64,000 nt of DNA from Marsupella aquatica (taxonomy: Eukaryota > Plantae > Marchantiophyta), in assembly GCA_973895155.1 (NCBI GenBank), contig OZ316892.1, forward strand, positions 13,022,238 to 13,086,237, written 5' to 3'. How positions within the stretch are numbered: the stretch's first letter is position 1; each line of letters opens with the position of its first letter. Below, piece by piece: positions 23,223 to 36,730 of this stretch. The position numbers and the translations under genes are program-made. The notes below the pieces were generated by a model, which saw only the letters and a list, made by a program, of their open reading frames with translations, made no database searches and was not told where the DNA came from.

Positions 23223-25700
23223 TTATCTTCCAAGTTGCTGAGGGGGCAGACCAAACAATGCATACAAATCTTTCACCAAGATTTGAGATGCCATCCTAAC
23301 CCCCTCATAAAACTTGCAAGCAATGAATACATGATATTCATTCTCTATACTAGAGCTATCACATAGTTGACAAACCCTCTTTTTCCTGTCAATATCCTTC
23401 CATCTCCCTTGTTCTACTTCAAGGTGGTGTGAGCTTAGTCTATACTGAGCAATAAGTTGTCTAAGTTGTACTGAGATAGTGCTAGATAAGTATTCTTGTT
23501 CTCGATATTTCTTCATGGGGTTCACATCTCTCATGTAGTATTGCTGCCGTGGGCTAGGTTCATGCCAAAGTTTGTGCAAAGCCTTTTGCTCAAGTTTTGC
23601 TCTTAGCTTGGTTGGGTGTGTTGGCCATTCATGTTCAGGAAAATCCCAAGCATGGGCCCACCTGCACACATCTGCATACCACCCTTTAGCTGAAGATGAG
23701 CGCAAGGCATGAAAAGGAAATCTGTTTTCCTCCAACTCTCTTACATGCATGATGTATTTGAGTGTGTGGAAGAGTGCCTCCACCTCCAAGGAAACAAGCC
23801 TGCCTCTGCAAGTGTAAGTGCATATGGGGTTTGTGACTTGATCCCAAGCTCCATCTCAAGAAATAGCTTTTGCAGCCCCTCAATCTGTTGCCACCCAGAT
23901 TTAGACACACCTGCTCCCCAAATTGGTGCTCTATAAAGAATGACTGGTTTCACCAAAGCTCCAAAGAGATGTTTCCTTAACCTCCAAGTGTGTAGACCAG
24001 CTCTTTTGCATTTGTTCATGAATGCATAAAAAGCTCTGTACCCATTGGCAGCCCTAGATTTTACACATGAGGCCCAACTCAAGTTTTGAGAGAACTCCAC
24101 CCCAAGGTATTTGTAGGTCCTCACAAATTCCACCAGATTCCCTTGGAAGTAGAGCTCTGGATTTTGTCGTGTGCCAATGCCCAAACACTTGGTCTTCTTG
24201 AGGTTGACTACCATCCCTGTTGCTTGACAAAACTCCTCCAAGGCATTGAGATGTCTTTGCAAAGCTTCTTGAGCATGAGCAAGTAGGACCACATCATCTG
24301 CAAATATAAGAAGTTGGAGGACAAACCTACCCAATTGAGTGCCCACTCCACCATGCTCCTCCAAAATGTTGTGTAGCTGATCAATGAAGATGCCAAAGAG
24401 AGTTGGTGAGAGAGGACAACCTTGGATCATCCCAAGAGTGCTCCAGATTTCTTCAGAGGTTTCCTTTGAAAGTTTGATGCGCACTTCTTGGTACAATTTA
24501 GAAACAGCTAACCTGAGCTCTTCAGGCACTTCCAACTCCACCATCCTATCCCAAAGCTTGGATCGGGAAACTTTGTCAAAGGCCTTGGAGAAGTCCACAA
24601 ACAAGCAAAATAATGGTTTATGTGGAGATTTGGCCTTTTCACACAACACCCTCAAGTAGAGAATGTGATCCATAGTGCTTAATTCTCTCCTAAAACCTGC
24701 TTGTGAAGGTGCCCTTTTCATCTCACTCTCCAACCAAGAGCTTAATCTGGCTTCAAGTAGTCCTCCCAAAACTTTAGCAAAAGTATTGCCTACCATGATG
24801 GTTCTGTAGTTGTGCACATCGTCCTTGTTGCCTGCCTTGAAGATAGGCACCACTCTTCTAGTCATCCAAGCTTTAGGTAAACCTAAAGCCATTGCTTGAT
24901 TCAGCTCATGCACCAAGTTTGTTAGTAAAGAGGGTCCTCCCCACAAAAGAAGCTCCAAGTTCAGGCCCAACAGATCTTTAGCTTTCCCATGTTGCATGTG
25001 GGAAAGATGCACCTTCACCTCCCTCTCTATAAACTGAATGGTGTCCCCAAGGGGCAAAGGCATGCCACTAGCATCTGGAAAGAAATACAAGGATGTGACA
25101 TAGGTTACCAGGTAGAAATACAAGGATGTGACATAGGTTACCAGGTCCTGGTGATCCAAGGGGGGAGTAGTCTTGCCTGATTGCATTCTCTCCCAAAAAC
25201 GTTTTGGATGTTTGATGAACTCCTCACATAGTGATTGTTGATGACTCTTCAAGAAGCACCTCTTCTTGTGTTTGATGAAATTCTTGTACATAGTGAATGC
25301 CAAAAGTCTCTTTTCCCCTGAATGTGATCTTGCTTGCATCCTCGCTCTAGCACAATCCTCGTCAAACCAAGCCTTCATGTTTTGCTTTCTAGGGGGTTTG
25401 GTGGAGAAAATAGAGGCTGCTGCTTGTGCTATGACTTCTGAGAGCTCAATCTGATCATCCAGGGTATGGAGAAGATGTTCAAAGTTGGCTTTGAAGATGA
25501 TTTCTCTATCAGGGTCTAGAAACAGAGGTTTGAGTATTGACTTTCTATGCACTTTGTTTGGGATTGTGATCAGGTCAAGATGGAACAACAAAGGCAAATG
25601 TGAAGACTCTGGTTGTTGATCAAGTATTTGAAAATCAACCACTCTAGTGACAGAGGTAGGTGACCAATGCCTTCGCCTTACCACACATGTGCTGACGAAC
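23223..25700 (-). mobile_element. Non-LTR retrotransposon (LINE) ORF2: RT plus C-terminal Cys/His domain; 5'-truncated or degenerate, one frameshift
   Basis: ORF 23741-25684 has PIFKAG..NYRTI, QAGFR, FVDFSKAFD, QGCPLSPTLF, FADD and YKYLG. ORF 23223-23789 has RLSSHHLEVEQGRW..CQLC..ENEYHVFIAC. A 33-bp tandem duplication sits at 25081-25146. Confidence 0.93.
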
Positions 25701-27354
25701 CCTTGTGTGCCAGAAGTGGAAGAGTGGCAAATGTGGCAAAGGTGAGAATAGTAGGTGGAATTTTGGATACAAAAATACTCTGGTGCAAACGGCTTCCCTT
25801 TACAGTGGCAGAAGGTGCTGCATGATCGTTTGCGTTGTTAACATAAGTACAAGGCATCAAGACCTCCTTAAAAACAGTAACCGAGAGAGCAATTTCTGTC
25901 AACTCATTAAATGGACATCATGTATGTTTACATCAAAGTGAAGAGAGAATGTTGTCCAGTGCAAAACTGTGTTGGGAGTTTTCAGGACCAAAGAAAAAAC
26001 AGCAGACCTGTTTGCTCAAGTTATTACAGGTAGGTAGCAATGTATGCCATCTAAGAGGTATAACATCATCACACTTTCTTTTTGTTCGAAGTGTTTAAGG
26101 TGTTCCAATTCTAATTCAAGAATTGTAAGGTAGTCTCCCTAGTGTTACTATTGCGATATTTGCTGACCTGGGTAAGAATGGAAGCACCCTCTGAAATACA
26201 CCACGATCATTCGATATAGGAATCTAAATTTTTTAACCAAACCATTTCATGCAGGTATGTTCTAGCAAACTGGGCCTGTCGAGATTTGAGACCTATCGTC
26301 CAGCCCACTCAAGTGTCCGCTAGAGGATTTCGGTGCTTTAGTCATGGCTCTTTGCAGGACAGTATGGTGGCATAGGATTACTCAAGTCGTCTACCCAGTA
26401 GTCCGCAAGAACTTGGAGCATCGGTCCGGCCTAAATAAACCAATATGGAATGTTCGACAAAACTCAGATGGACTCGGCGATGAGCGCTGACGACTAATTA
26501 TATACGTAACGATATCTTTATTATCTTCTTGCACGAATGATAGTGCGAACAGTTGATCCGAAAGAGGGAGGGGGCATCTGAGCCTCGATTACTGCTTCCC
26601 ACAAAAAACTTCATGAACCAGTGGTACTTGGGAACATTAGTTGGGAACACACCACTAAATGGCCATATCATTCAACACAGCAATGATGGTCCCCAATATC
26701 CAACATGCAAATACTAAGACGACGAATTCACAGAAATAAACTCTTTGTTCAAGTGTGGAACTTTATATACATTCACTTGGTTTACAGTACACCACATCGG
26801 AACAATCCAATGGTAAGGAGTCATGAATTTTGTCCTCTACCACTAGAGCCTTAGAATGAAGTGAAAATGATAAAAGCTACAAAGTGGAATAATTTATTTT
26901 GCGCCAGGAGAAATCCATCCACTTGCATGATGGGAGCGCCCCCATCCAAGGCTACCAACAAGATAAGCATCCAGAAGATTCCATGCCCAGCCAAAATACT
27001 GATTCCAACTTTAAAGCCTAACAGTAAAGCAGCAGACCAAGCCAAAAATATTGATTCCAACTTAGAAGCCCTACCAGTCCTGAATCTGGACTTCAAATGG
27101 TTTCATGGCGAGCCCAACTCTAGTCAAAACCCAGAGTTCCCAGCCCCATCCGCCCCAACTAGAGGAGAGAGTGTCTAAAGGTTACGGAAAGAGAGCTTAC
27201 TGAAAGATTCAAGTATCCGACAGAACACACTTAGCTCTTCTAGTGAACCCCCACCACCAAAGCCCTATTCTTTCCCAAAATTTACAAAAGTAAATGTGCC
27301 TCCATCAAACTCGTGCGTTCCTTCATGGTACTAAAGGGAAAAAAACCTCCCCGA

Positions 27355-30300
27355 TCAGCAATAGAACATCACCTTCTTCACATTTTCCTTTAGGGCGGGA
27401 AGCGGCCGCACAGATCCCCCACCAGGGGCCCTAGTGCTCCTAGCACCGGAACTCCCAGTTGTGACAGTTCTACCTGTTGGTCCAATCCCGCTGGGCAATG
27501 ACCCACTGTCTGAAGCTTCCGGCTCCATGTAAAACCTTGCCCGGAAGGCAGCCAAATGCGCATAGTAGGCAGGTGGTACTGAGAGCAAAATATAGGGTCA
27601 GGACAACCGACAAGACTGGTGTGACATCTGTTAAACAGTAGTGAGTTTCGAAGACAAATATAAAAGGCAGATATAACTCATAAAATACAAAGAACATTGT
27701 TTACGATTGTTACTTACCAATAGAAACCGATCTGGTACATCGTGCATACCTGTGAAAGGGGAAAGTTGGTTAGGACTTAAAAGATACCCTACCCTAGTCC
27801 ACAATACGCAGTGCAACACTAAACGCTTTCCACAATACACATCTATATGCAATGCTCATATCCATAAAGAGGAGATTTGGCTACTGTACCCAATTTTCTT
27901 CAGAGGCAATGCAGCAAAGTTTTGGTTACTTACGTGTAACAAAGATTATTGGTTAAGGACTGCAACTCATCCGCCTTGAAATTATTTTCATCCCACAGCA
28001 CATGATAATGCGCTGGCCTGCTGGTTCCCTGCTCACAGCGAAAGAGAGTAAATTACCAGTGAACTAGATGGTAGTTCTAAGTTTGGAGCGAAAAAGACGT
28101 AAACAAGACAACCGAAGGACCAATAATCGTTCCACACACTTCCCTATGAACACGTAACGCTCACCTGTATACCAGCATGGCTGCAAAGGTAGAAATCGAA
28201 CTCGGTAGGATGGCAGATTTTTGAATCAACCACCGTACCTACAAAAATGCAGCCCCAGACTTAGGGTCAACTATATGGCCTAGAGCACTAGATCATCCAC
28301 GGACGTGCCCGAATCAGGTACACCATTGCTTCTCTATCCTTGTCTCTTCATCCAAGAACTAGTAGAAACAGAAGTGTGGAGTTTAGCGTAAATAAACTAA
28401 CCGGGTAAAATGTTGCCACTCTTATCGGTCATGTTGCGATCATTGTGGTTACTTGCAAAGAGGCGAGTGTGATGCCGTTTTTGCACCACAACAAAAGTCA
28501 CTGGGGGCTGATAATTTGCTTCGAGTGATGCACATGCCTGTTCAAGCATAAAATTCATTAGAAGTCCCCTCAGCTGTATATTTTGAATTCAGACATCCAC
28601 AAGACTATAAAGAGCATCTAACCTTCCGAATAGCATCTAGCTCGTGCAGTAACACTTGATAGAACTGCCCCTCGCTGACACCATCCCTGAAAAAACGACA
28701 ATATAGGCAAATGGGTCAATTGTCCAAGACTTCTTAAGAAAGTACTCAGTACGAGGGGTTAACCCTCACCCGGGGTACCTGACTGGGCACTTCTCTCATA
28801 ATAATGAAACCGCAGTCCACAAACGGCTCCATTCACTGCTTCTTTGTCATCCTCAGGAGGACTCAATGCTTCCACTACCTACACAAAAAGCTTCGATATT
28901 CACAAAGAGTACCGTACGTATCAGAGAACATTACCTGTAAAAGATAATCCTCTGGGGCTTCTGTGAGGTCGCTTTCTTAAATGACATGAGAAGCTCCCTG
29001 GACGTTAAACAGATGAACGCTATAAGCCGTAAAATTTGCGAACGATTTGCGAACGACTTACATCATGAATAAGGTAAAGTGCTCAACACAATTCAAACGA
29101 TCAATCAGAACAAGTTTAAATGAAAGTCAATAGAAAACTAAAAAGCTGAGGAAAGTAGAGGACGAACTTGATCATCCCCCCGGACTGAGGGCCACGCTGA
29201 GGATCAACCCAAGACTTGAATAAATCTTGGATCAATTCTTGCCGATGTGCTTGAGCGCACACCAGTCCAGCATACTTCGTCACTTCTGGCCAATCTTGCG
29301 AAGCAACGACCTGTTGTACGTGTCAGTATTCTCTTTTCGTTTCCTTCAACATGTATGCGGACAACGACAAATTGGTCAGAGCAGACGCTCAGGCGAGGAA
29401 ACAACACGGTTAACACTCTTGATGATCTCGGGTAAAATTTCACTTACTGCAGCAATCGATGGACTGCTATCTTCCCCAGGATGAGGATGTGTGACATCCG
29501 CGCCAAAAATGATGGTAGGCACATCGCTAACAAGAGGAATCTTTCTTGTTAGCGCGTCGACAAGTACTGTGTTCCTACCACCAACCTGAGGACAACACGA
29601 TTTGAAGCGGTAAGAGACCCCAACAACTTCATTATGACGAGGCAAACTATTATCTCAGCTAACCATCATCATCACTCCAAATCATTTAAAGGTCCAAACA
29701 AAACAAAACCCATGAAGTGTAGCGAAGAAAAAATCTGACTTACTTTCACATTGATTTTAAGTGCAACATTGGCAAGGTACTGCTTGCTCATTTTGTACAC
29801 GTGCTTCGTGAGGCAACACTGAGAAACCACACCCAAGTCCGTCTCACATATTCTTTTCAGATCACCTGGAACATGTATTTGCCAACATATGAGGAAGTAT
29901 GAATGCACGAGTCACCGGCCTGAGAGAAGGTCACGAGGAGGAAGAATGAGCCAAAATCTTTCCATAGACAATTTGTTTAGACGCACCGTATAGGGCACCG
30001 TTATTGTCAGGTAGTATAACAACAAGAAGCTCCAGATCCTTCCCCTTGGTTCGGATTTGTGCCTCTCTAAACACTTGCTTCAGGGCACGTTCAACTTGAT
30101 CTTGCCGGGCCATATGGATCGGCATAACGGGCTCTTGCGTGAAGTTCTGTTCAGAATAAACCAGAGATTTAACAATTGGTTCATCAACGAGAAGAAACAT
30201 AATTATTACTCACATGCCACCTTTCAGAAGTCAGAACCGAGCAAGAAACACATCAAGACGTTACAAGAAGACTGCTCGGGGAAAACATCTAGGACCGGTC

Positions 30301-33300
30301 GCAAAACACGAGAAGTCGTACACAAGGCAAGTCGTCGGGAGAAAATCCACGACATACCATGCCCGAAGTGAGACACATCTGTGCCAATTGAATACAAAAT
30401 TCTCGTGCGACGTTCTCCGGTACATTTCGGGAGAAATTGATGCAGGCCCAATAACTCACGTTCCCTCCATTGACCATTTTCTGCAACCGGAAAAGTGAAA
30501 CACTGCTCAGTCACCATGAGCGGCCGTATTAAATCCTTTGCTGTTTTGGTAAACAACCGCAGCTTCTCCACGCTAGAAGACGACCCTTGAGAAAAACTAA
30601 TTGTGCAAGGCATTTAACAATGAAATATCACCTTATTCATCATATTCCACTGGCCAACCTGAGGCAAGCAATCTTTTTCCCTGCCCGTGTCATGATATTT
30701 GAGCTGAAGGAAACGAACAATGTACATGTATGTCAGTGAAGGAAACGAACAATGCACATGTATGTCACTTAGGTCTGGTCAGCGACGGCTTTGGTCTACT
30801 GGAAAATCCTTGACGCAGGAATTGTCCAAACGCTGCACCAAAATGCTACTTTCAAGTAAATGAGAAAATAGTAGATCTTTCAATTCACTGTTTTGAAATT
30901 AGCACCAAAATGTTCTAACCGTAAGAAACCGGTACAGGCCAGATCAACACGAACTACTCATCCTGGACGTTCAACGTGCACAGACCGCATGTCAATGCTG
31001 TGCGAGGATAGAAAATAACACCACCAATTGAAAGTGCGTACCCTAGGAGCTGGTAAGATCCTGGCTTCGACTTGAGCCAGCTTGTTGCTGATTTTGATCC
31101 CGAATTCTTGGGCATACGGGTCCTGTGCATAGGCGTTGTGGTACACAGTCTGCGTGTAACACCGTCACACATTGAAACGTTACGAAGACTTGACATTTAA
31201 AGTCATCAGAAAACAACTGTGAACTCACTACGTGGATAACATACAATCTTAGAAATGACATCGTCACGAAGAGAAATGGAAAGGCTCACCTGAAGAATAT
31301 CGTTTTCCCGGTCTTTCGGGCGCTGGCAAGTAACTTTCAGCAAAGCTGTTATCTGCCGCTCATTCAACCTCTTGGAGTATCGCTGACCCTCCACAATCTT
31401 GCAAACCTGAAGAAATATGAGATGGAATCAGAGAGAAATAATTTACTTATAGCAAGATTCGGGAATAGAGAAAGCATCTGTTCCGGATTGTACCTCCATG
31501 GGCAGATAGTTTGGTCGATCACGATTCCCCACTTGCAAGCAAGGCAAATTTGGACTACGTATGTTGTATTGATAAGTCTCACGGAAGTATTCGGTTACAG
31601 TCTTCAAGGTACCCCTCTCATCGACCGGGAACCTGCAAAACGTTGCTCCGACTTATTCAGGTTACGCAGTACGTGACTAAAACGCAGGAAAGAGACTCTA
31701 CGAGAAAGAAACGACGACCAACAAACTCGGCTTAGGGACGTACGATAACTCGTTGGTAGGCTGCGATGTAAGCCCCGAAATTCGGTACTTTCTTCTCATA
31801 GTACCTCGATGTGTAACTTCAACTTTCACTCCCCTCAAAGCTTTCTTAATCTGTCAACCCAATTCAAAATACAGTCAGCATCGAGGCTAATTCAAGGGAA
31901 ACTCATCGGAAATAACCGTTGGAGTAAAGTCGCAACCAAACACAAAGGTACCTTAATTCGATCTGCATCAGAGAGCGCCCTGTTGATGTCCTTATTCAAC
32001 AGCTGAGACACAAAGTCGATCACTGGGAGCGGTTCAATAAATGCTGTAGAGGACATATCTGTGCAATGGCCACAGTAAAAGTCAATAATCAGACTAAAAC
32101 GATTGACGACAAAAGCGAAAGCAAGCGATCTTCCACTGGACTCTGGAGGAATCTCTGGAGTACAAACTGCGTCTCTGGAGTACAAACTGCGAAGTCGTAC
32201 CTATGTTCAGAGACAAGCCCATCTGAGTTGGCCTAATGCTTTGGTAAAAGCCTCGCCAACTTTCCAACCCATCACCCAAGGACTGTCTGTTTCCTAGGTC
32301 AGGAGAGTAAAAAGATCGTCCAACAGGACAATACCTGCAGACACAAAGCAAATAATTAAGACTTTGTTTCATTTCCACTCCCGAACTGTTGCAAAATTCC
32401 AGGAAAGTTGACAACATACTAGAATGAAGTAAACACATTGACTGCCACATCGCCACGTGTATAATAAACCAGACCTGTGTGTCGGCAGCTCCCGAAGCAC
32501 GATATCCAGCACTTGCAAAGCTTCTTGAGGTGCATCAGCTTGTCGTCCGGCCAGAAACTGACCAAGATGATGAAGATCTGCCCGAGCTGCGAACTTGATC
32601 ACAACTTTGAAAGATCTCTCCCTCCTAGGGAAAAAGCAATCAGTGAGCATGTACACAATCCGACGTATTTGATTATCACAGCGTCCTCGTAGAATCGAAG
32701 CTGGGTGGTCACATATACCTCCCTGTTAAGGGGAGTACGGCGAATCTGTGACCCAACATTTGGTACTCGCTACGGCATAAAGAGCAAACTATTTCAACCC
32801 TAGAGACCATTTGGGAGGCATTGAAGTCCGCGATACACAGGCACGATTGAGATAACTGGTACAGGACGCCAACCTGGGGGTGTTGCTACCGTCGTCTTCG
32901 TCCAACAAGTTAATCTGAAATTCCTTGGACTGAAAAGGCAAAGGCCCGGCTGTGTACAAACTCTTCCGACCGTCGTACGCAGGTAACCTGCGACCAAGCT
33001 CTTTCTCCCGATACTGCCTGACCAGATTTTCCATTACTGCCCTATTCACTCCTCGAGAGGTCACCTCTGGAGTGATGGCGACCTGGCCATAAGGAACACC
33101 CAAAAATCAGTCAAAAATACAAGATACTATACAAATTGAGTGAAATAATCCAAGAACGCTCAACGCTCAAGACTTGTTATGCAAAATACGAACTTGTGAC
33201 AAGTAACACCTTCACTGACAGACCATAAACCGGATACAGTGCCTGACCGTAATGGGCACATTTCCGTTCCTACTATCCGTAGAACGTTCATTAAATATAG

Positions 33301-34181
33301 ACGCCATGCAATCTGACTGGGACTTCCAAGCAAATTTCACACAGGCCGAATTTCGAAGGACAACGTTATCTTGGAAGCATCAAAATTTCAAGGAAGCTTA
33401 CATCGTACTGGTGAAGATCCTTATCAGGTAGTTCAGCGAAAAAGTGATTCGCCTTCACTATACACTTGGTGCCAGTCTGACCCTTGCCCGGACGAAGAGG
33501 AAACCTCAGAGCTCGGCTAGAGACCGGAGGGGTCTGTCTAACGGGAGACGATGGGCCCGGTTCTTCGACATGCAAGTCTTCCAGCGCCGTCGATATACTT
33601 AATTCTCCAACCTGAAGCGCTGCTATCGAAGATCCGCCAGCAGGAGAGAATCCAACATTGGCGGGTTGTGCACTAGCTGAAACTGGCTGTCTCGGAGAAA
33701 CATACGATGCTGCTTGCTGAGGTCCTCGTGATAAACTAGTATACACTTCACCAGAGCCGGACGGGGGATATGGCTGTGGTTGTCCAGTGGAAGAAAATCC
33801 AGACTGTGCAGGATGAACATGGGGACCTCTAGAACTTGAGCCATACGACCCTCCACCACCTCCCTGATAACCACCGCGACCTCCCTCCCGGCCCCTACCT
33901 CGACCGCCACCACCCTGCCGTCCCCTACCCCTGCCCTGTCCCCCACTTGGGACACCTTGCTGCGGTCCAGGCCCGAAACCTTGCTGAGTTCCGGGACCAG
34001 GATGAGGTCCACCTGGTGGACCTCGTCCTACACCACCAGCTTCATCTCTAACCTGTTGAACTGGTTCCTGAGTTGCGGATCGAGGAATAGGTGGTGCAGA
34101 CGAATCAGACGCAGACGCAGACGCAGACGCCTGTAAGGCAGCCTCCTCTATTTCCTTCGGAGTCCTCCGCTTCCGCGGCAT
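27355..34181 (-). CDS. AGO1: Argonaute 1-type protein, ~22 exons, apparently intact slicer
   Basis: Gly-rich first exon 34181-33402 ([23 protein letters not shown]), then N/PAZ/MID/PIWI exons with GT-AG introns ([66 protein letters not shown]). Last exon [22 protein letters not shown]. Catalytic D/D/H residues are present. Internal exon edges are approximate. Confidence 0.97.
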
Positions 34182-36394
34182 CTTGAGTGCAAGGAATTAA
34201 TGCTGAAAAATGGCCCACATGAAAATGTCAACCACACGACCGGAATATCGCACAACACATCCTCGCTCTAAACCACCGGAGACTGGTGGTATACGACTAC
34301 ACAGGAAAAAGTGGAGAAAACCAAGTGATACTCAAGATTGGCGAGGCTGGTGCCCGGAGGCTTAAAACAAAGTTACCTAGAGACTCCCACAAATTGCTAC
34401 AGTAATTGAACATGCTCATGAACTAGGAGAATAAAGAAATCCGGATCTCAGACGGAATGATAAGAGGGCAACAATCGACGCAGGCCAGTGCATAGCTGGG
34501 CACCTCAAGAGCAAACAGATGTGGATGAAAACTCAGTGATAGCGAAACCATTTCGGTTCAGCTTCCAGCAAAGGTGACAACTAACCTAGACTACTAAAGT
34601 GGCTGTAAGCGATAGCACACGCGGACTGTCTATACCAATAACCCGTCCACAACAAAAGAAACTTACGCTCAAGAAACGTCGTGAAATGCTAACAAATGTT
34701 AAGTTCTTAGTAAGGTCCACGTTCACGTAGACTACGCATGCAAACGAGACAAAAACTATGGCATGTAAGAACCTGACGCACCTCCTCTCGAGGAAAGCTA
34801 GACGCGGCGAGCCTGAACAGGTCCCTGGCCTCCACAAACTCTTCCAAACACTAAACGTAGCTTCCTCGCACACATTGTCCTCCAACTACACAAAGGTACC
34901 TGGATGTAGAGTAAATCAGTTGAAGAAGGCCTCAGCGTCACACGAACACTTCCAAGTCACTCATTACTGCCACCGTTGCGGTACAGTAGTCAGGAACCAT
35001 AGTGGCCCGAGGTACAAGTTTACACACGAAGCCACCACATAAACCTAATGTGCAAGAGTACCGACGGCCAAGGAACAGGGATTAGGTTCAGACACACGAC
35101 GGCAAACGACCAGCAAATGTAATCTCAACTCGGTCACTTTCCCTATCTCGAATGCATTGACCCCTTACACTCGGCGCATGGGAGCGTCTGGCCTTCTAAC
35201 GATCCCTGCAAATGAGACGACGAGCAAACGACAACAGATCTGCTCACGGAACCTAGAGTTCCAATCAAGTATAGGACAGGCTTTGGAGAGCCGCAGAGAA
35301 AGGGGCATAGACGAAAGCCGGTGGTCAAATGAACAACGATAACGGGAGTGAATGGATGATAGAAGCGGACCAGGAAACGAAGAAGGAATCAACTACTTCG
35401 TGAGGCGACGATGAGATGCGCAAAGAGCCGACAAGATGTGCGCAGAAGGAACAAGTCTTAGGGACCCCACCCTATCCGCACAGCTCATAAGCAACCACGG
35501 AACAGGCGGGCGAGAAGAGGAGATGTTCCTTGAAAAACCTAACGGAGCACGAGAAACCCAAGTAGCCTACCACGAAACGCTGCGCAAAACACCTTTCTAG
35601 TGGACACAACTAAACGGGTTGCTGCATGTCTGAGACGTACGAGAAAAGCCGTCTCTCGGCATCGAGCAAATGGCACACGCAATCATCGGAACAAACAAAA
35701 GAGCAGGGCCTGTTGAACAGCACAAACAGACATCCTCTACAGCACCAAAGAAGGTTACCTGTGTAAGAACCAAACTCAGGCACACCGGGAAAGCTAATAG
35801 ACCAGAGCGGGATACAGCCTCCCGACCTTTGACGATAGATAACAGGGACGACGGAGGACAACACACAAAAACCAGCACAAGCACCGCAACTGATCTCCAC
35901 CGAGGAGCTTACGCACAAACCATCGACCGAGCCTAAAGAACATTCCCGTCTGTGGTCATCATCGCCGCGGCAGCGCTTGAAGGGTTTTTTATTTGCACGG
36001 CTCCGCTTAGGAAGCGGAACGTTGATGGCGCAGATGCCATCCGATCGACGCGCGAGAAAGGCGGCGCAGCGCAGCGCGAGTCGCGACTACGATCGTCCCC
36101 TCGCCGTAGCCGTAACGATCATCATCATCAACACAAATTAATCATCATCATAACGGTAGTAGCGATACTGTACCTGAATCCTGTCACCTCCCCGAAGCTC
36201 GAGCGACCTACTACTGTAGTGAACGAAGCGGCACCCAGCCAGGTTAGCCCCACTACCATGAGGCAACCCCGCCCCAATTCATCATCCGGAAAAGCATATC
36301 TGCGCGATTGCGCGAATGAAACCTTTGCCCCCCCCCCCTCCCCCCGATGGCCCGATCTGCACCTCGAAGTGCACACGCCGGGCAAGCAGGCGAC

Positions 36395-36730
36395 GTCAAC
36401 CTCTCCTCCTCCTCCTCCTTCCACTCCCAACAACAACAACAACAACGTCGACGACCATTCCCATTCCCATCGCCCGCCGACTGCGCTACTCACTACTCCA
36501 GTCTCCAGTCCTCCTGCAGCACGCGTGGATAACAACTCGAGCCGTAACTACGGACATCCACCAAGCAACCGGTCCGTTTCACGCCACTTCCCATTTTGCA
36601 AAGGCGCCCATCCATCCAAGAACCACGGAGACCAAAGTCGGCCCGGCCCGCTCTCTCTGACGAATGCATCCATCTACTCCTACTACTCCTACTACTCTAC
36701 TACTCTACTCACTACTCACTCTACCACTCT
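36395..36730. repeat. Low-complexity microsatellite cluster (CCT, CAA, TAC) in the probable AGO1 promoter/5' leader
   Basis: Triplet runs read directly; located ~2.2-2.5 kb upstream of the AGO1 ATG. Confidence 0.6.
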
